IMG/VR virus record: IMGVR_UViG_3300032007_000064
Strand: one strand, 5' to 3'
DNA from: an uncultured virus (IMG/VR IMGVR_UViG_3300032007_000064)
Lineage: Duplodnaviria > Heunggongvirae > Uroviricota > Caudoviricetes
DNA: 20,000 bases
In this document: positions 7,916 to 16,583 of the stretch, piece by piece
Numbering within the stretch: position 1 is the first letter of the stretch
Layout of the letters: each line of letters begins with the position of its first letter
Translations under genes and position numbers: made by a program
Notes under the pieces: model-generated
The model's input: only the letters and a program-made list of their open reading frames with translations
Told to the model about the DNA's origin: nothing
The model's database searches: none

Positions 7916-9154
7916 ATGTTTGAAATAAAAGGAAAAGTAAATACAGCTATATGCTACGCCAAAGTAATAGAGGATGAGGCAATCGAACAGATACGTCGTA
8001 TGTGTGACTATGAGATAACAGAAAACAGTCGAATACGAATCATGCCGGATGCACACGCAGGAAGCGGATGCACAATCGGCACTACAATGACGATTACCGA
8101 TAAGGTTGTTCCGAATATAGTTGGCGTGGATATCGGGTGCGGAATGTACACAGTTTATATAGGAAAAGATCCTATTGACTTTGAAAAAATCGATGAGGCA
8201 GCACATTATATTCCATCAGGAATGAATGTGTGGAACGAAAGCATTTATCCGTTTGATTTTAAACGACTGCGGTGCTATCAACATTTAAAGAATATCGATC
8301 GCTTAGAGTGCAGCTTAGGTACACTCGGCGGAGGAAATCACTTTATTGAAATCGATAAGATGCGATCGGAATTTAATTTCCTGGTAATTCATTCAGGATC
8401 ACGCAATTTAGGAAAACAGGTTGCTGAATATTATCAGGATCTTGCAATTGAATTAGCTTGTGGCAAAGATGATTACTTGGAAAAGCGAAACAGTATCATC
8501 AATGAATATAAAAGATTGGGTCGCCAAGATAAAATACAAAACGCACTGACAGAATTAAAACATGAATATGAGAGCAAGAAAACTACAATGCCTCATGATT
8601 TATGCTTTTTGTACGGAAAACATCTTGATGATTATTTACATGACGTTGAAATATGCCAAGAATTTGCAAAAACAAACCGGGAATTGATTGCCAAAATTAT
8701 ACTGGAAAGAACACATAATGATTACGGTCTTGAGTGCATGGTTAACGGAAACGGGTTTCATACAATTCATAATTACATTGACGTTAATGAGATGATATTG
8801 CGTAAAGGAGCAATTGCTGCACATGACTGGGAAGTCGTGGTAATACCTATCAACATGCGCGATGGATCAATAGTAGCAGTTGGAAGAGGAAATCCTGAGT
8901 GGAATTTCTCAGCTCCACATGGAGCTGGACGTATCATGTCGAGAAAGAAAGCGAAGGAAACGATTAACTTGGAAGAATACGAACGGTCTATGAGTGGTAT
9001 TTATACAACGTCAATTAATGAGGGGACACTTGATGAAGCACCGATGGCGTACAAATCAATTGACGATATCATTGATGTTATTCGGGAATCAGTAATGATT
9101 ATGGATGTAATGAAACCTGTATATAATTTCAAAGCAAGTGAAGAAAGGAGATAA
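7916..9154 (+). CDS. rtcB: RtcB-family RNA ligase (3'-phosphate/5'-OH)
   Basis: Motifs MPDAHAG.GCTIG, VGVDIGCGM, GTLGGGNHF, HSGSR, HNY, RKGA, SAPHGAGR, DEAPMAYK. Confidence 0.95.
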   Translation: MFEIKGKVNTAICYAKVIEDEAIEQIRRMCDYEITENSRIRIMPDAHAGSGCTIGTTMTITDKVVPNIVGVDIGCGMYTVYIGKDPIDFEKIDEAAHYIPSGMNVWNESIYPFDFKRLRCYQHLKNIDRLECSLGTLGGGNHFIEIDKMRSEFNFLVIHSGSRNLGKQVAEYYQDLAIELACGKDDYLEKRNSIINEYKRLGRQDKIQNALTELKHEYESKKTTMPHDLCFLYGKHLDDYLHDVEICQEFAKTNRELIAKIILERTHNDYGLECMVNGNGFHTIHNYIDVNEMILRKGAIAAHDWEVVVIPINMRDGSIVAVGRGNPEWNFSAPHGAGRIMSRKKAKETINLEEYERSMSGIYTTSINEGTLDEAPMAYKSIDDIIDVIRESVMIMDVMKPVYNFKASEERR

Positions 9155-9156
9155 TA

Positions 9157-9732
9157 ATGAAGTGTATACATCTTCAGCCTTACGAGTGTTGGGACTATGC
9201 CAAAGAACACGAGGAAGAGCTGATGGGAGAAGAGCAGGAAATTGCATCAGAGGAAGAGTTCGGCGTACAGATTTGTATCCATGTACAGGATAATCTTCCT
9301 GTGTTTGATGTGTATGTTGATGATGAGATTAAGTATACGACATTTGTTTTTTCGGAAGAAGATTGTTGTGATGTTGTTGCAGATTTGTACAATGATTATC
9401 TTGATGATTTCCTTAGTACAATGACGATCAAGGAAATTGAAGAAGATGAAGATGAAATTGCTCTTCAAGAGGAAAATGCAATCGAAGATCAGGACACGGC
9501 TATCGAATGTGTTGTTGAAGACTTCCTTGATACGGTCTGCGAGGGTATTGTCAGTACGCTTTTCAGTGCAGAAGACATTGAAAAAATAAAAGACCACTTT
9601 TGTGAATATATCGCAAGGAATTTCACCAAGCAGGTGTACAGGCCGATGTATTTGTTTAATGCAAACGGCGATAAGATCTATGCTGATTATCCATATGAAA
9701 TCATGGAATTCGACGAACCGATTTGTTCATGA
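9157..9732 (+). CDS. Highly acidic hypothetical protein (191 aa)
   Basis: AAGGAG RBS; very D/E-rich. Confidence 0.8.
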   Translation: MKCIHLQPYECWDYAKEHEEELMGEEQEIASEEEFGVQICIHVQDNLPVFDVYVDDEIKYTTFVFSEEDCCDVVADLYNDYLDDFLSTMTIKEIEEDEDEIALQEENAIEDQDTAIECVVEDFLDTVCEGIVSTLFSAEDIEKIKDHFCEYIARNFTKQVYRPMYLFNANGDKIYADYPYEIMEFDEPICS

Positions 9733-9736
9733 GAAT

Positions 9737-9802
9737 TCAATAAAATGTGTTGACAAATGAAAAGAAACGTGTTATCTTATACTTGTCAATACATTTTAAT
9801 GA
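9737..9802 (+). promoter_or_regulatory. Sigma-A-type promoter bracketed by an inverted repeat (putative operator)
   Basis: TTGACA 9750-9755, 17 bp, TGnTATCTT (-10 at 9773-9778); TAAAATGTGTTGACAA 9741-9756 and TTGTCAATACATTTTA 9783-9798 are near-perfect inverted repeats. Confidence 0.75.
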
Positions 9803-9854
9803 TTTTATATATGTAACTAGTAACTAATTAATCATCATGAAAGGAGCCTAGAAT

Positions 9855-10253
9855 ATGGCAAACATCAAAATTGTGGGTCGCGCAGTAGTTATCACATCCA
9901 GCATGAAACTGGAAGATCTCAAGACGATTAAGAAGTACCGTCAGAAAGATCTGACTCTTTACGAAGGTGAAGGTCAGGAAAAGGTGCCGGTATTTGCAAT
10001 CGGAGTGGTTCCCGGTTTCGGCAACATCAACAAGTACGGCGTTGAATTCGGTCACGCCAACAGCGATGGACTCGCTCAGGTCACTATGGCGTCTCACGTC
10101 AAGGACGGCGAGGATATCAAAACGGCTGTTGCCGAAGAAGTCGGCACTGCGATTCTTCAGCTGAACAAGCTCGAAGAGAAGCTGCCGGATGTCCTCCACG
10201 AGATTGAAGCTGAGAAAGCTTCCATCATGGCCAACATCTCCGTAGAGGGATGA
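9855..10253 (+). CDS. Hypothetical protein, first gene of the Ubl operon
   Basis: GAAAGGAG RBS; 132 aa with a C-terminal helical segment. Confidence 0.85.
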   Translation: MANIKIVGRAVVITSSMKLEDLKTIKKYRQKDLTLYEGEGQEKVPVFAIGVVPGFGNINKYGVEFGHANSDGLAQVTMASHVKDGEDIKTAVAEEVGTAILQLNKLEEKLPDVLHEIEAEKASIMANISVEG

Positions 10254-10261
10254 TCGTCGTC

Positions 10262-10283
10262 TGTGGCGGCGAAAGCCGCCACA
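10262..10283 (+). other. Stable GNRA hairpin between operon genes
   Basis: TGTGGCGGC-GAAA-GCCGCCACA; no adjacent U-tract. Confidence 0.6.
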
Positions 10284-10330
10284 ATCTCTAACTGTACATA
10301 ATTTTTTAAAGAATGAAAGGGGAAAATATT

Positions 10331-10564
10331 ATGCTTAGAATCACAGTTGGTAACAACATGCAGAGAAACACAGTTATGGTCGACTCCAATACAACGCTTC
10401 GTCAGGTTCTGACGGAAAACGGTATCGATTACGCCACTGGCGCTGGAATGACAACGCTTGATGGTACTCCGCTGCAGCCGGGTGATCTTGATAAGACGTT
10501 CGACAGCTTCGGCATCACGGAGAGTGCATACCTGCTGCGTGTAACGAAGACCGACAACGCGTAA
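10331..10564 (+). CDS. Prokaryotic ubiquitin-like (beta-grasp) protein, 77 aa, ending ...KTDNA
   Basis: Size and pattern (LRITV, TTLRQVL, TLDG.PL, LDKTFDSFGI, YLL) resemble the ubiquitin fold; lies upstream of E2-like, JAB and E1 genes; AAAGGGG RBS. Confidence 0.7.
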   Translation: MLRITVGNNMQRNTVMVDSNTTLRQVLTENGIDYATGAGMTTLDGTPLQPGDLDKTFDSFGITESAYLLRVTKTDNA

Positions 10565-10590
10565 GCGTTGAATGCGGGGTATTCCCCGCA

Positions 10591-10651
10591 TGGCGGGTTT
10601 ACACAAAGGCATTGCATGAAGCAATAATAGGTTCGATTCCTATACCCGCCA
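10591..10651 (+). ncRNA. Minimal D-armless tRNA-like element between the Ubl and E2-like genes
   Basis: TGGCGGGT/ACCCGCCA acceptor; ATTGC-ATGAA-GCAAT hairpin; T arm ATAGG-TTCGATT-CCTAT; preceded by hairpin ATGCGGGG-TATT-CCCCGCAT. Confidence 0.55.
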
Positions 10652-10677
10652 TTTAAATTTATGAAAGGAGAACGAAG

Positions 10678-12162
10678 ATGTTTGATAATAAAATAAGAAG
10701 AACACCATTTAACACATCATTTGCAAATACAGCATGTGGTCATATTGATGGTGAATCCTGGGCAAATGATAATACATTTGTTTCAACAATGCGGGCTTTG
10801 TTATTTAACAGAATGCCAAAGGAAAGCAGAATTACGTTTAGCACATATTCTTATAACTATGCGAAAAGCGTCATCGATACGAATGACGCGAGGAATGTGT
10901 TTAACGCAGTAGTTCCCAAGATAGAAGACGACACCATTAAGTTAATAGTGTTCAACAATGTTGGGTCAGATAGTGTAGTAAATAATAATGCTTTTCTGGA
11001 TTTTATCGAGGCAAATATTGAAAAAAGATATCCGGTTAAGCGTATCGAAAAGATCACTTCATACTTCAAAAAGACATTCAGATGTCTTTGTTATGTCAGC
11101 ACTGAACATCGTCAGTGCTTTATTTTTACCGAGTCCATTGACCTGAGAATGTATCATTACCTTCAGGTAGGAATTCTTGCATTTCTTCCGTGGTATTTTG
11201 ATAAAGAGTCTGGAACAACAGAAAAAGAAATCGCCCTTCTCGAATCTCTGCGCATGAAAAGATCTGATAGATACATGGAATGTTTGGCAGATATCGCAAG
11301 AGAATGTGATTTTCGTTCTGAATATACACAGAGATCGCTTAAAGGTATAGAGACGAGGGTTGAAAGACAGGAAATCGAAGCTCTTACGTCACGTATCAGC
11401 GATAGTGAACTAACAATCGAAGAATTTCAAAATAGAATAACCAGTAAACTTTCGGAAATTCGAGACTATAACATTAGAATTATGGGATTGAGAGCGAAAA
11501 TTGCACATGATGAAGAGAATGGTATTGAATCAGAAATCTTGAATTACTTCATGAAACATAAGAACAGACTGTTCCTTGAATATGCAGACGATAACGAGAT
11601 ACGATTTGTCGCCAAAGATTATCTCATGTTCTGGGATAAAGACATAGCACGTAAGCTATTTGATAATTCTACATCTGTCGCATACAACTGCGGAAATGAA
11701 ATTCGCGGTCCGTATACGAAAGAGGAAATGAAAGAATTGTTTGAAGAGATCTTCATTCGTAAGAATTTCAGAATTAAAGTTTGTGGTGCGTATGATTTCA
11801 ACATCGCTAATATGAGAGTGAGCGCTCCGAGCGGATATGCTTATAGTTATGAATTTGATGACTGTTTACCGAATCCTCACCTTGATAGATATGGTTGTCT
11901 TGGTTCGTATCAGAGTGCAATAACAGAGTTCATGAAGAACTCAGATTATATTGGCGCAATTGAACAGTGTATTGCATCTTGCAGGTCGTTGAATTTCGCG
12001 GACGGTCCGGTAATGAATGCATTATTTAGGAGCTGGTACAAAATCGAAGGTAGTGCAAATGTACGGTGTATTGAACTGCCGAACGGGGAAATTGTTGATC
12101 CTGCTGGTGCTATTAAATATATGCGGGAACAGAAAGGAGAGGAAAATGGCGAAAGTAATTAA
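10678..12162 (+). CDS. Large protein with central coiled coil and C-terminal E2/UBC-like domain
   Basis: PNPHLDRYGCLG resembles the H...CLG catalytic loop of prokaryotic E2s; context Ubl-JAB-E1. Confidence 0.6.
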   Translation: MFDNKIRRTPFNTSFANTACGHIDGESWANDNTFVSTMRALLFNRMPKESRITFSTYSYNYAKSVIDTNDARNVFNAVVPKIEDDTIKLIVFNNVGSDSVVNNNAFLDFIEANIEKRYPVKRIEKITSYFKKTFRCLCYVSTEHRQCFIFTESIDLRMYHYLQVGILAFLPWYFDKESGTTEKEIALLESLRMKRSDRYMECLADIARECDFRSEYTQRSLKGIETRVERQEIEALTSRISDSELTIEEFQNRITSKLSEIRDYNIRIMGLRAKIAHDEENGIESEILNYFMKHKNRLFLEYADDNEIRFVAKDYLMFWDKDIARKLFDNSTSVAYNCGNEIRGPYTKEEMKELFEEIFIRKNFRIKVCGAYDFNIANMRVSAPSGYAYSYEFDDCLPNPHLDRYGCLGSYQSAITEFMKNSDYIGAIEQCIASCRSLNFADGPVMNALFRSWYKIEGSANVRCIELPNGEIVDPAGAIKYMREQKGEENGESN

Positions 12163-12952
12163 AATGACCGAACAGGAAATCGACACACTCAGAGATGAGT
12201 TTGTTGAAGCACTTCGCAAAACGAAGATGAGTGACGGAAAGATCAGCTATACAAAAGACTTCGGCAAAATTGAGAAAAGGGCAACGCTGTTATATACGGA
12301 AATTGCCTGGTTGAAACAGTGTATGCTTGTTAATGAGTTCGATAAGGAAGTTGCATGGCACGGCGTTGCAGTACGCGGAGAGGAACCTTGCGAATACATT
12401 ATCGAAGACATTCTCGTTTATCCGCAGGAAGTAACTGGTGCAACAGTCAATACGGATCAGGAATGTTATCAGACATGGCTCTATAAACATCCGGATGAAA
12501 TATTTAACAACATCAGGATGCAGGGACATTCCCATGTAAATATGGGAACTTCACCGAGCGCTGTTGACACAACGTTGTACGAGTCGTTTTTGAGTCAGCT
12601 TAATGACACGATGTTTTATGTGTTTTCAATTTGGAATAAACGCGGGGAAAGAACGATCAAGATTTATGACCTTGCAGAAAACACGTTGTTTGAAACAGCA
12701 GATGTGGATTTGCGGATTATTGATAACGATCTTGGATTTGGTTCGTTCATCGATGATGCAAAAGATATGGTCAAAACAAAAACATATACACCACCCGCAA
12801 CAACACAGTACAAAGGTGGTTCTCAGGTTCCTGTTGCGAAAGATCCATACGCTTACGGTTATCGTAAGGGTACTAAGAAGAAAGCTGCTTCAGGAGATAA
12901 GTATCACTACAATAATTACAATAATTGGTATAGCGAAGATTGGTATGATTAA
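12146..12952 (+). CDS. JAB/MPN+ metallopeptidase (deubiquitinase-like)
   Basis: E(VAWHG) plus HSHVNMGTSPSAVD = HxH-x7-S-x2-D JAMM motif; AAAGGAGAGG RBS before ATG 12146. Confidence 0.9.
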   Translation: MAKVIKMTEQEIDTLRDEFVEALRKTKMSDGKISYTKDFGKIEKRATLLYTEIAWLKQCMLVNEFDKEVAWHGVAVRGEEPCEYIIEDILVYPQEVTGATVNTDQECYQTWLYKHPDEIFNNIRMQGHSHVNMGTSPSAVDTTLYESFLSQLNDTMFYVFSIWNKRGERTIKIYDLAENTLFETADVDLRIIDNDLGFGSFIDDAKDMVKTKTYTPPATTQYKGGSQVPVAKDPYAYGYRKGTKKKAASGDKYHYNNYNNWYSEDWYD

Positions 12953-12963
12953 GGAGAATCGTT

Positions 12964-13443
12964 ATGACAAGAGATGAATTTTTGGAAGATTGTACTTGCA
13001 TGGACGATATAGCTAGAATTTGTAGTGAGTACGATTATTATGATCTCATTGAAGACTATAGAAATGAAGATACCATTGAAGATTGGATTGACTATTGTTA
13101 TTTACGTTCTATAGAGGGCTATAGTTGGAGAGATGTACTCGATGATCTAGCCAACTTTCAAAGCACATTAGAATCTTACAGATGGTTCTATATCGGTGAT
13201 TACACTGTTGATGGCGTAGAAGACCGTGGTGGATACTTTGACCGTCTTAAAGCAGATCTGTTTATGCAATTAGTAGAAGATGGATATATTGATGATGAAG
13301 AAGAGGAAGAACCAGAAGAGGTAGATGGTTTTGCTGTAGAAGAGGAAATTTCAATCTTCGAAGCAGTTGAAGAGGGTTCTCACATACAGACGATAAGCAC
13401 TGAAGAATGTGACGAAACAGAGGAAATTTCGATCTTGTTTTAA
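12964..13443 (+). CDS. Highly acidic hypothetical protein within the Ubl operon
   Basis: AAGGAG RBS; 159 aa, D/E- and Y-rich. Confidence 0.8.
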   Translation: MTRDEFLEDCTCMDDIARICSEYDYYDLIEDYRNEDTIEDWIDYCYLRSIEGYSWRDVLDDLANFQSTLESYRWFYIGDYTVDGVEDRGGYFDRLKADLFMQLVEDGYIDDEEEEEPEEVDGFAVEEEISIFEAVEEGSHIQTISTEECDETEEISILF

Positions 13444-13466
13444 ATGAATTATAGGAGAGATAAATC

Positions 13467-14141
13467 ATGAATTTAACGAAATCTTATGAGTTTTTTCAGC
13501 CGGAAAAAGACGACACGAGGATTCACATTATCGGATGTGGATCTGTCGGATCAACACTTGCAGAAAACCTTGCAAGATGTGGTGTAAAGAATATGACACT
13601 GTGGGATTTTGACGATGTGGAAGAGCATAACATCGTCAATCAGATGTTCACCCAGAAACACGTTGGAATGCCAAAGGTTGAAGCTCTGAAAGATATTTTG
13701 TGCGATATTAATCCTGAAATCAAAAGTACAATCGATCTGGAACCTAAAGGCTGGCAGGGCGATATCATTTCTGGATACATATTCCTTGCAATTGATAGCA
13801 TTGATATTCGCAGGGATTTTGTAGAGAAACATATGGATAATCCGTATGTGAAAGCGGTATTTGATTTCCGTACAAGTCTTACATCGGCACAGCATTATGC
13901 TGCAGATTGGAGCAAAAGAAAACAGAAAGACATCCTCCTGAGTACAATGCAGTTCACTCATGAGGAAGCAGCGGAAGAGACTCCTGTTTCAGCTTGCGGT
14001 ATAACTCTCGGAGTCGCGACCACTGTTCGTCTAATTTGTGCTTATGGTGTAAATAATTATATTAGATTCACGAAAGGAGAGGGTATTTGGAAATTTGTTC
14101 AGACTGATGGATTTTATGGAATTTTAGATTGTTTCAGTTAA
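13467..14141 (+). CDS. ThiF/E1-like ubiquitin-activating enzyme
   Basis: GCGSVGS nucleotide-binding loop, DFDDVEEHNIVNQ, GMPKVEAL, AIDSIDIR, DFR, candidate catalytic Cys in SACG. Confidence 0.9.
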   Translation: MNLTKSYEFFQPEKDDTRIHIIGCGSVGSTLAENLARCGVKNMTLWDFDDVEEHNIVNQMFTQKHVGMPKVEALKDILCDINPEIKSTIDLEPKGWQGDIISGYIFLAIDSIDIRRDFVEKHMDNPYVKAVFDFRTSLTSAQHYAADWSKRKQKDILLSTMQFTHEEAAEETPVSACGITLGVATTVRLICAYGVNNYIRFTKGEGIWKFVQTDGFYGILDCFS

Positions 14142-14159
14142 TTGTTTTTAAAAAATTAA

Positions 14160-14481
14160 AATAGCTGAAGTGTTATTCGTGTATTTTTTTACACGGCTCT
14201 CAGTCGTAGGCGAGAGTTCCACCTTGATCGAAAAGAGAATGCGGGTATCCCGAGCTGGCAGTGCCGCGCCTTTGTGTTATAGTACAATGATTCGAACTCA
14301 AATTCGCTCAGATATCAAAGCCCAGATTCTCAACTCGGTCATCACCAAATGTTTACAGGGTTTTCACAAGGCAGTTATCCGGGGAAAATTTTTCTTCACC
14401 AATGCTTAATGTTACGAGATGTCAAAAGATGACGATCACCTGGAGGCTTGTAAAAGTTAAGACCATGCTGACTTCGCTATT
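14160..14481 (+). ncRNA. Retron-like msr-msd ncRNA no. 1
   Basis: Terminal inverted repeat AATAGC(T)GAAGT 14160-14171 / ACTTCGCTATT 14471-14481; candidate branch G14172; U-loop hairpin, then GCTCTC-AGTCGTAGGC-GAGAGT 14196-14217; directly upstream of the RT. Confidence 0.75.
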
Positions 14482-14493
14482 GAGGAAAAGAAG

Positions 14494-15720
14494 ATGAACA
14501 TAATGACGAAATATGTAGTATTTAAAAATCAGCCGGAATTTCGTCAGGCATCACTGCAGGATTTGTTATATTGTGATGATGATACAGATTTCGACGATGG
14601 TTTGAAACAAAGAGATTTAACTGGCACAAGAACATTTAACGTATATGACACATGGAGATACAGAAAGTCTGTAAATATATACAAAATTATTGAAGAACTC
14701 GAAAGATTTAACAAAAACACTGAGCATTTACGCGAAGTAGATCGGCATTCTTTGTATTACACATTTTATATTCCCAAGAAAACAAGGGGATACAGAAAAA
14801 TAGATGCACCGAATGCAGATCTTATGCTGGCTTTGCGGTATTTAAAATCTATTTTCGAGGAAAAATGTGTAGGGTATAAAAGCATTGGTGGTTTTACGAC
14901 ACAGTTATTTGCTTTGTATCATACAGCTGCATTTGCATATATCAAAAGAAGAGGCACAGTAGATTGTTTGAGAAAACATCAGAAAAATGATTCAAATTGG
15001 TATGCCAAATTTGATTTGAGCAACTTCTTTGGTTCAACAACGCTTGAATATACAATGCAGATGTTCTCAAGGATTTTCCCATTCTCTGAAATATGTAAAT
15101 ACACAACTGGCAGAAATGAATTAGAGAAGGCTCTTGAGTTAGCATTCTTGGATGGTGGTCTTCCACAGGGAACTCCAATTTCTCCGTTGATTACCAACAT
15201 TATTATGATTCCTGTTGACTTTGAACTCTACAACGGTTTTAGAAACTTTAAATGCACTGATAGAAACGGGGAAGAAAGAGAGCAACGTTGTGTTTACACA
15301 CGGTATGCAGATGACTTTATCGTATCTAGCAGGCTTGATTTCAAGTTCAAAGAAGCTCAGGAATACATTAATAGTGTACTAGCTAAGTTTAATGCTCCGT
15401 TTAAACTGAACGAAGAGAAAACAAGATATGGTTCAAGGTCGGGAAGTAACTGGAATCTTGGTCTTATGATTGGCCAGGACAACAAGATATCACTTGGACA
15501 CGCCAGAAAGAAACGACTTAAAGCAATGATTTCAAACTATGTCATGGATAAGAAAAGCGGAGTTCGTTGGCCGCTTGAAGTAATTCAGGAAATGGACGGT
15601 TTAAGAAGTTATTATTATATGATTGATTCTGAAGGTGCTGATGGAATGATGGCATATCTTTCAAATCGTTTTAATGTAAATATTATGGAAGAAATTAAAA
15701 ACGATTTGAGAGCTGCTTAA
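14494..15720 (+). CDS. Retron-like reverse transcriptase (408 aa, stand-alone)
   Basis: IPKKTRGYRKIDAP, AFAY...DCLRKH (region X position), KFDLSNFF, LPQGTPISP, YTRYADD, LNEEKTR, NLGL (VTG-equivalent); no maturase or nuclease extension. Confidence 0.9.
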   Translation: MNIMTKYVVFKNQPEFRQASLQDLLYCDDDTDFDDGLKQRDLTGTRTFNVYDTWRYRKSVNIYKIIEELERFNKNTEHLREVDRHSLYYTFYIPKKTRGYRKIDAPNADLMLALRYLKSIFEEKCVGYKSIGGFTTQLFALYHTAAFAYIKRRGTVDCLRKHQKNDSNWYAKFDLSNFFGSTTLEYTMQMFSRIFPFSEICKYTTGRNELEKALELAFLDGGLPQGTPISPLITNIIMIPVDFELYNGFRNFKCTDRNGEEREQRCVYTRYADDFIVSSRLDFKFKEAQEYINSVLAKFNAPFKLNEEKTRYGSRSGSNWNLGLMIGQDNKISLGHARKKRLKAMISNYVMDKKSGVRWPLEVIQEMDGLRSYYYMIDSEGADGMMAYLSNRFNVNIMEEIKNDLRAA

Positions 15721-15729
15721 ATATATTCG

Positions 15730-15877
15730 GATACGGTGGCGGAATAGGTAGACGCTTACGCCGTAAGGAAATGCTTTCATGAAACTCGGAACTATGCCAT
15801 CAAATAAGTGCATAACAACTAAGCCATGAAGGACGGGTGGTTTTCTATGCAAGGTGCAAATCCTTGCCCGTATCCCA
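15730..15877 (+). ncRNA. tRNA-Leu-like scaffold A with a 93-nt insert
   Basis: GATACGG/CCGTATC acceptor; D arm GCG-GAATAGGTAGA-CGC; GCAAGG-TGCAAAT-CCTTGC T arm; followed by CCA. Confidence 0.7.
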
Positions 15878-16006
15878 GATGCGGTGACGGAAAAGGTATA
15901 CGTGCGAAATGGGGCGGCGTAGGAAACCGTAAATACCAATACTCACGCGATCTCTGCTCCCCATGCTGATGGAGATCATGCAGGGTGCAAATCCCTGCCC
16001 GCATCT
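15878..16006 (+). ncRNA. tRNA-Leu-like scaffold B with a 76-nt insert
   Basis: GATGCGG/CCGCATC; ACG-GAAAAGGTATA-CGT; GCAGGG-TGCAAAT-CCCTGC (compensatory changes relative to A). Confidence 0.7.
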
Positions 16007-16060
16007 TCAAAAAAGCAAAACGTAACTGTTCACATTGTAAAGTATTGATTTATTAAAACG

Positions 16061-16162
16061 GATACGGTGGCGGAATAGGTAGACGCAACGAAATTTGTTT
16101 CCGTTATATCGATGGGGAGATATATAAGGTCACATGTAAGGTGCAAATCCTTGCCCGTATCT
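16061..16162 (+). ncRNA. tRNA-Leu-like scaffold C with a 49-nt insert
   Basis: Same acceptor and D arm as A; GTAAGG-TGCAAAT-CCTTGC. Confidence 0.7.
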
Positions 16163-16184
16163 GATTTATTTGATGGAAAGGAAA

Positions 16185-16355
16185 ATGGGAAGACGAAGAA
16201 GCGTTGATCAAAATGATAGTCAAGAAGAACCGCCGTGTTACTCATGTATTCATGCTGTAAAACGCGGTCCTTTTAGGTTATGCAACAGAGGTAAGGAAGG
16301 ATATAAACATATAGGAAAATGGACTTCTTGTGACGAACAAGAGGTTCCTGAATAA
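16185..16355 (+). CDS. Small Cys-rich protein (CxxC...C...C), possible Zn-binding
   Basis: GAAAGG upstream of ATG 16185; CYSC, RLC and TSC. Confidence 0.5.
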   Translation: MGRRRSVDQNDSQEEPPCYSCIHAVKRGPFRLCNRGKEGYKHIGKWTSCDEQEVPE

Positions 16356-16358
16356 AGA

Positions 16359-16576
16359 TTGCTGTAATGCCATTCGTGTATTTTTTTTACACGGCTCTCA
16401 GTCGTAGGCGAGAGTTCCACCTTGATCGAAAAGAGGATGCCTCCGGCGGATCAGCTGCAGGCGCACGGGATTGCAAAACCACCCCCGATGGCTACTCGAA
16501 CGATCCCAGTTGGCTGACTTCAGGTCCGGATCCTGCAGCTAACCGGTCTTCTAATAGGATTAACTGATTACAGCAA
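16359..16576 (+). ncRNA. Retron-like msr-msd ncRNA no. 2
   Basis: Perfect 10-bp TTGCTGTAAT 16359-16368 / ATTACAGCAA 16567-16576; candidate branch G16369; 16372-16440 nearly identical to 14175-14242; msd-like stem AGCTGCAGG/CCTGCAGCT. Confidence 0.75.
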
Positions 16577-16583
16577 AGTAATC

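Noticed and set aside
9761..9789. Opposing minus-strand promoter from the TTGACA at 9789-9784
   Set aside because: The sequence at 17-bp spacing (TTCTTT) is a poor -10; better explained as the operator-like inverted repeat
13467..14141. Thiamine/molybdopterin biosynthesis ThiF/MoeB
   Set aside because: No cofactor-pathway genes nearby, no paired CxxC Zn motifs, and the context is E2-like plus JAB plus Ubl
14170..14409. ORF 14170..14409 and similar ORF 16367..16567
   Set aside because: They overlie the retron-like ncRNAs; the shared sequence differs by a 1-nt indel in the T-run that shifts frame, so the conservation is not protein-level
14494..15720. RT as group II intron maturase or DGR RT
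   Set aside because: No domain X/endonuclease or intron domain V seen. The 14175/16372 repeat is non-coding and lacks the A-specific mismatch pattern of a TR/VR pair, and there is no avd-like gene next to the RT
15849..16154. Cobalamin riboswitch suggested by GGTGCAAATCC
   Set aside because: The motif is enclosed by tRNA acceptor and D arms; no B12 box or relevant downstream gene
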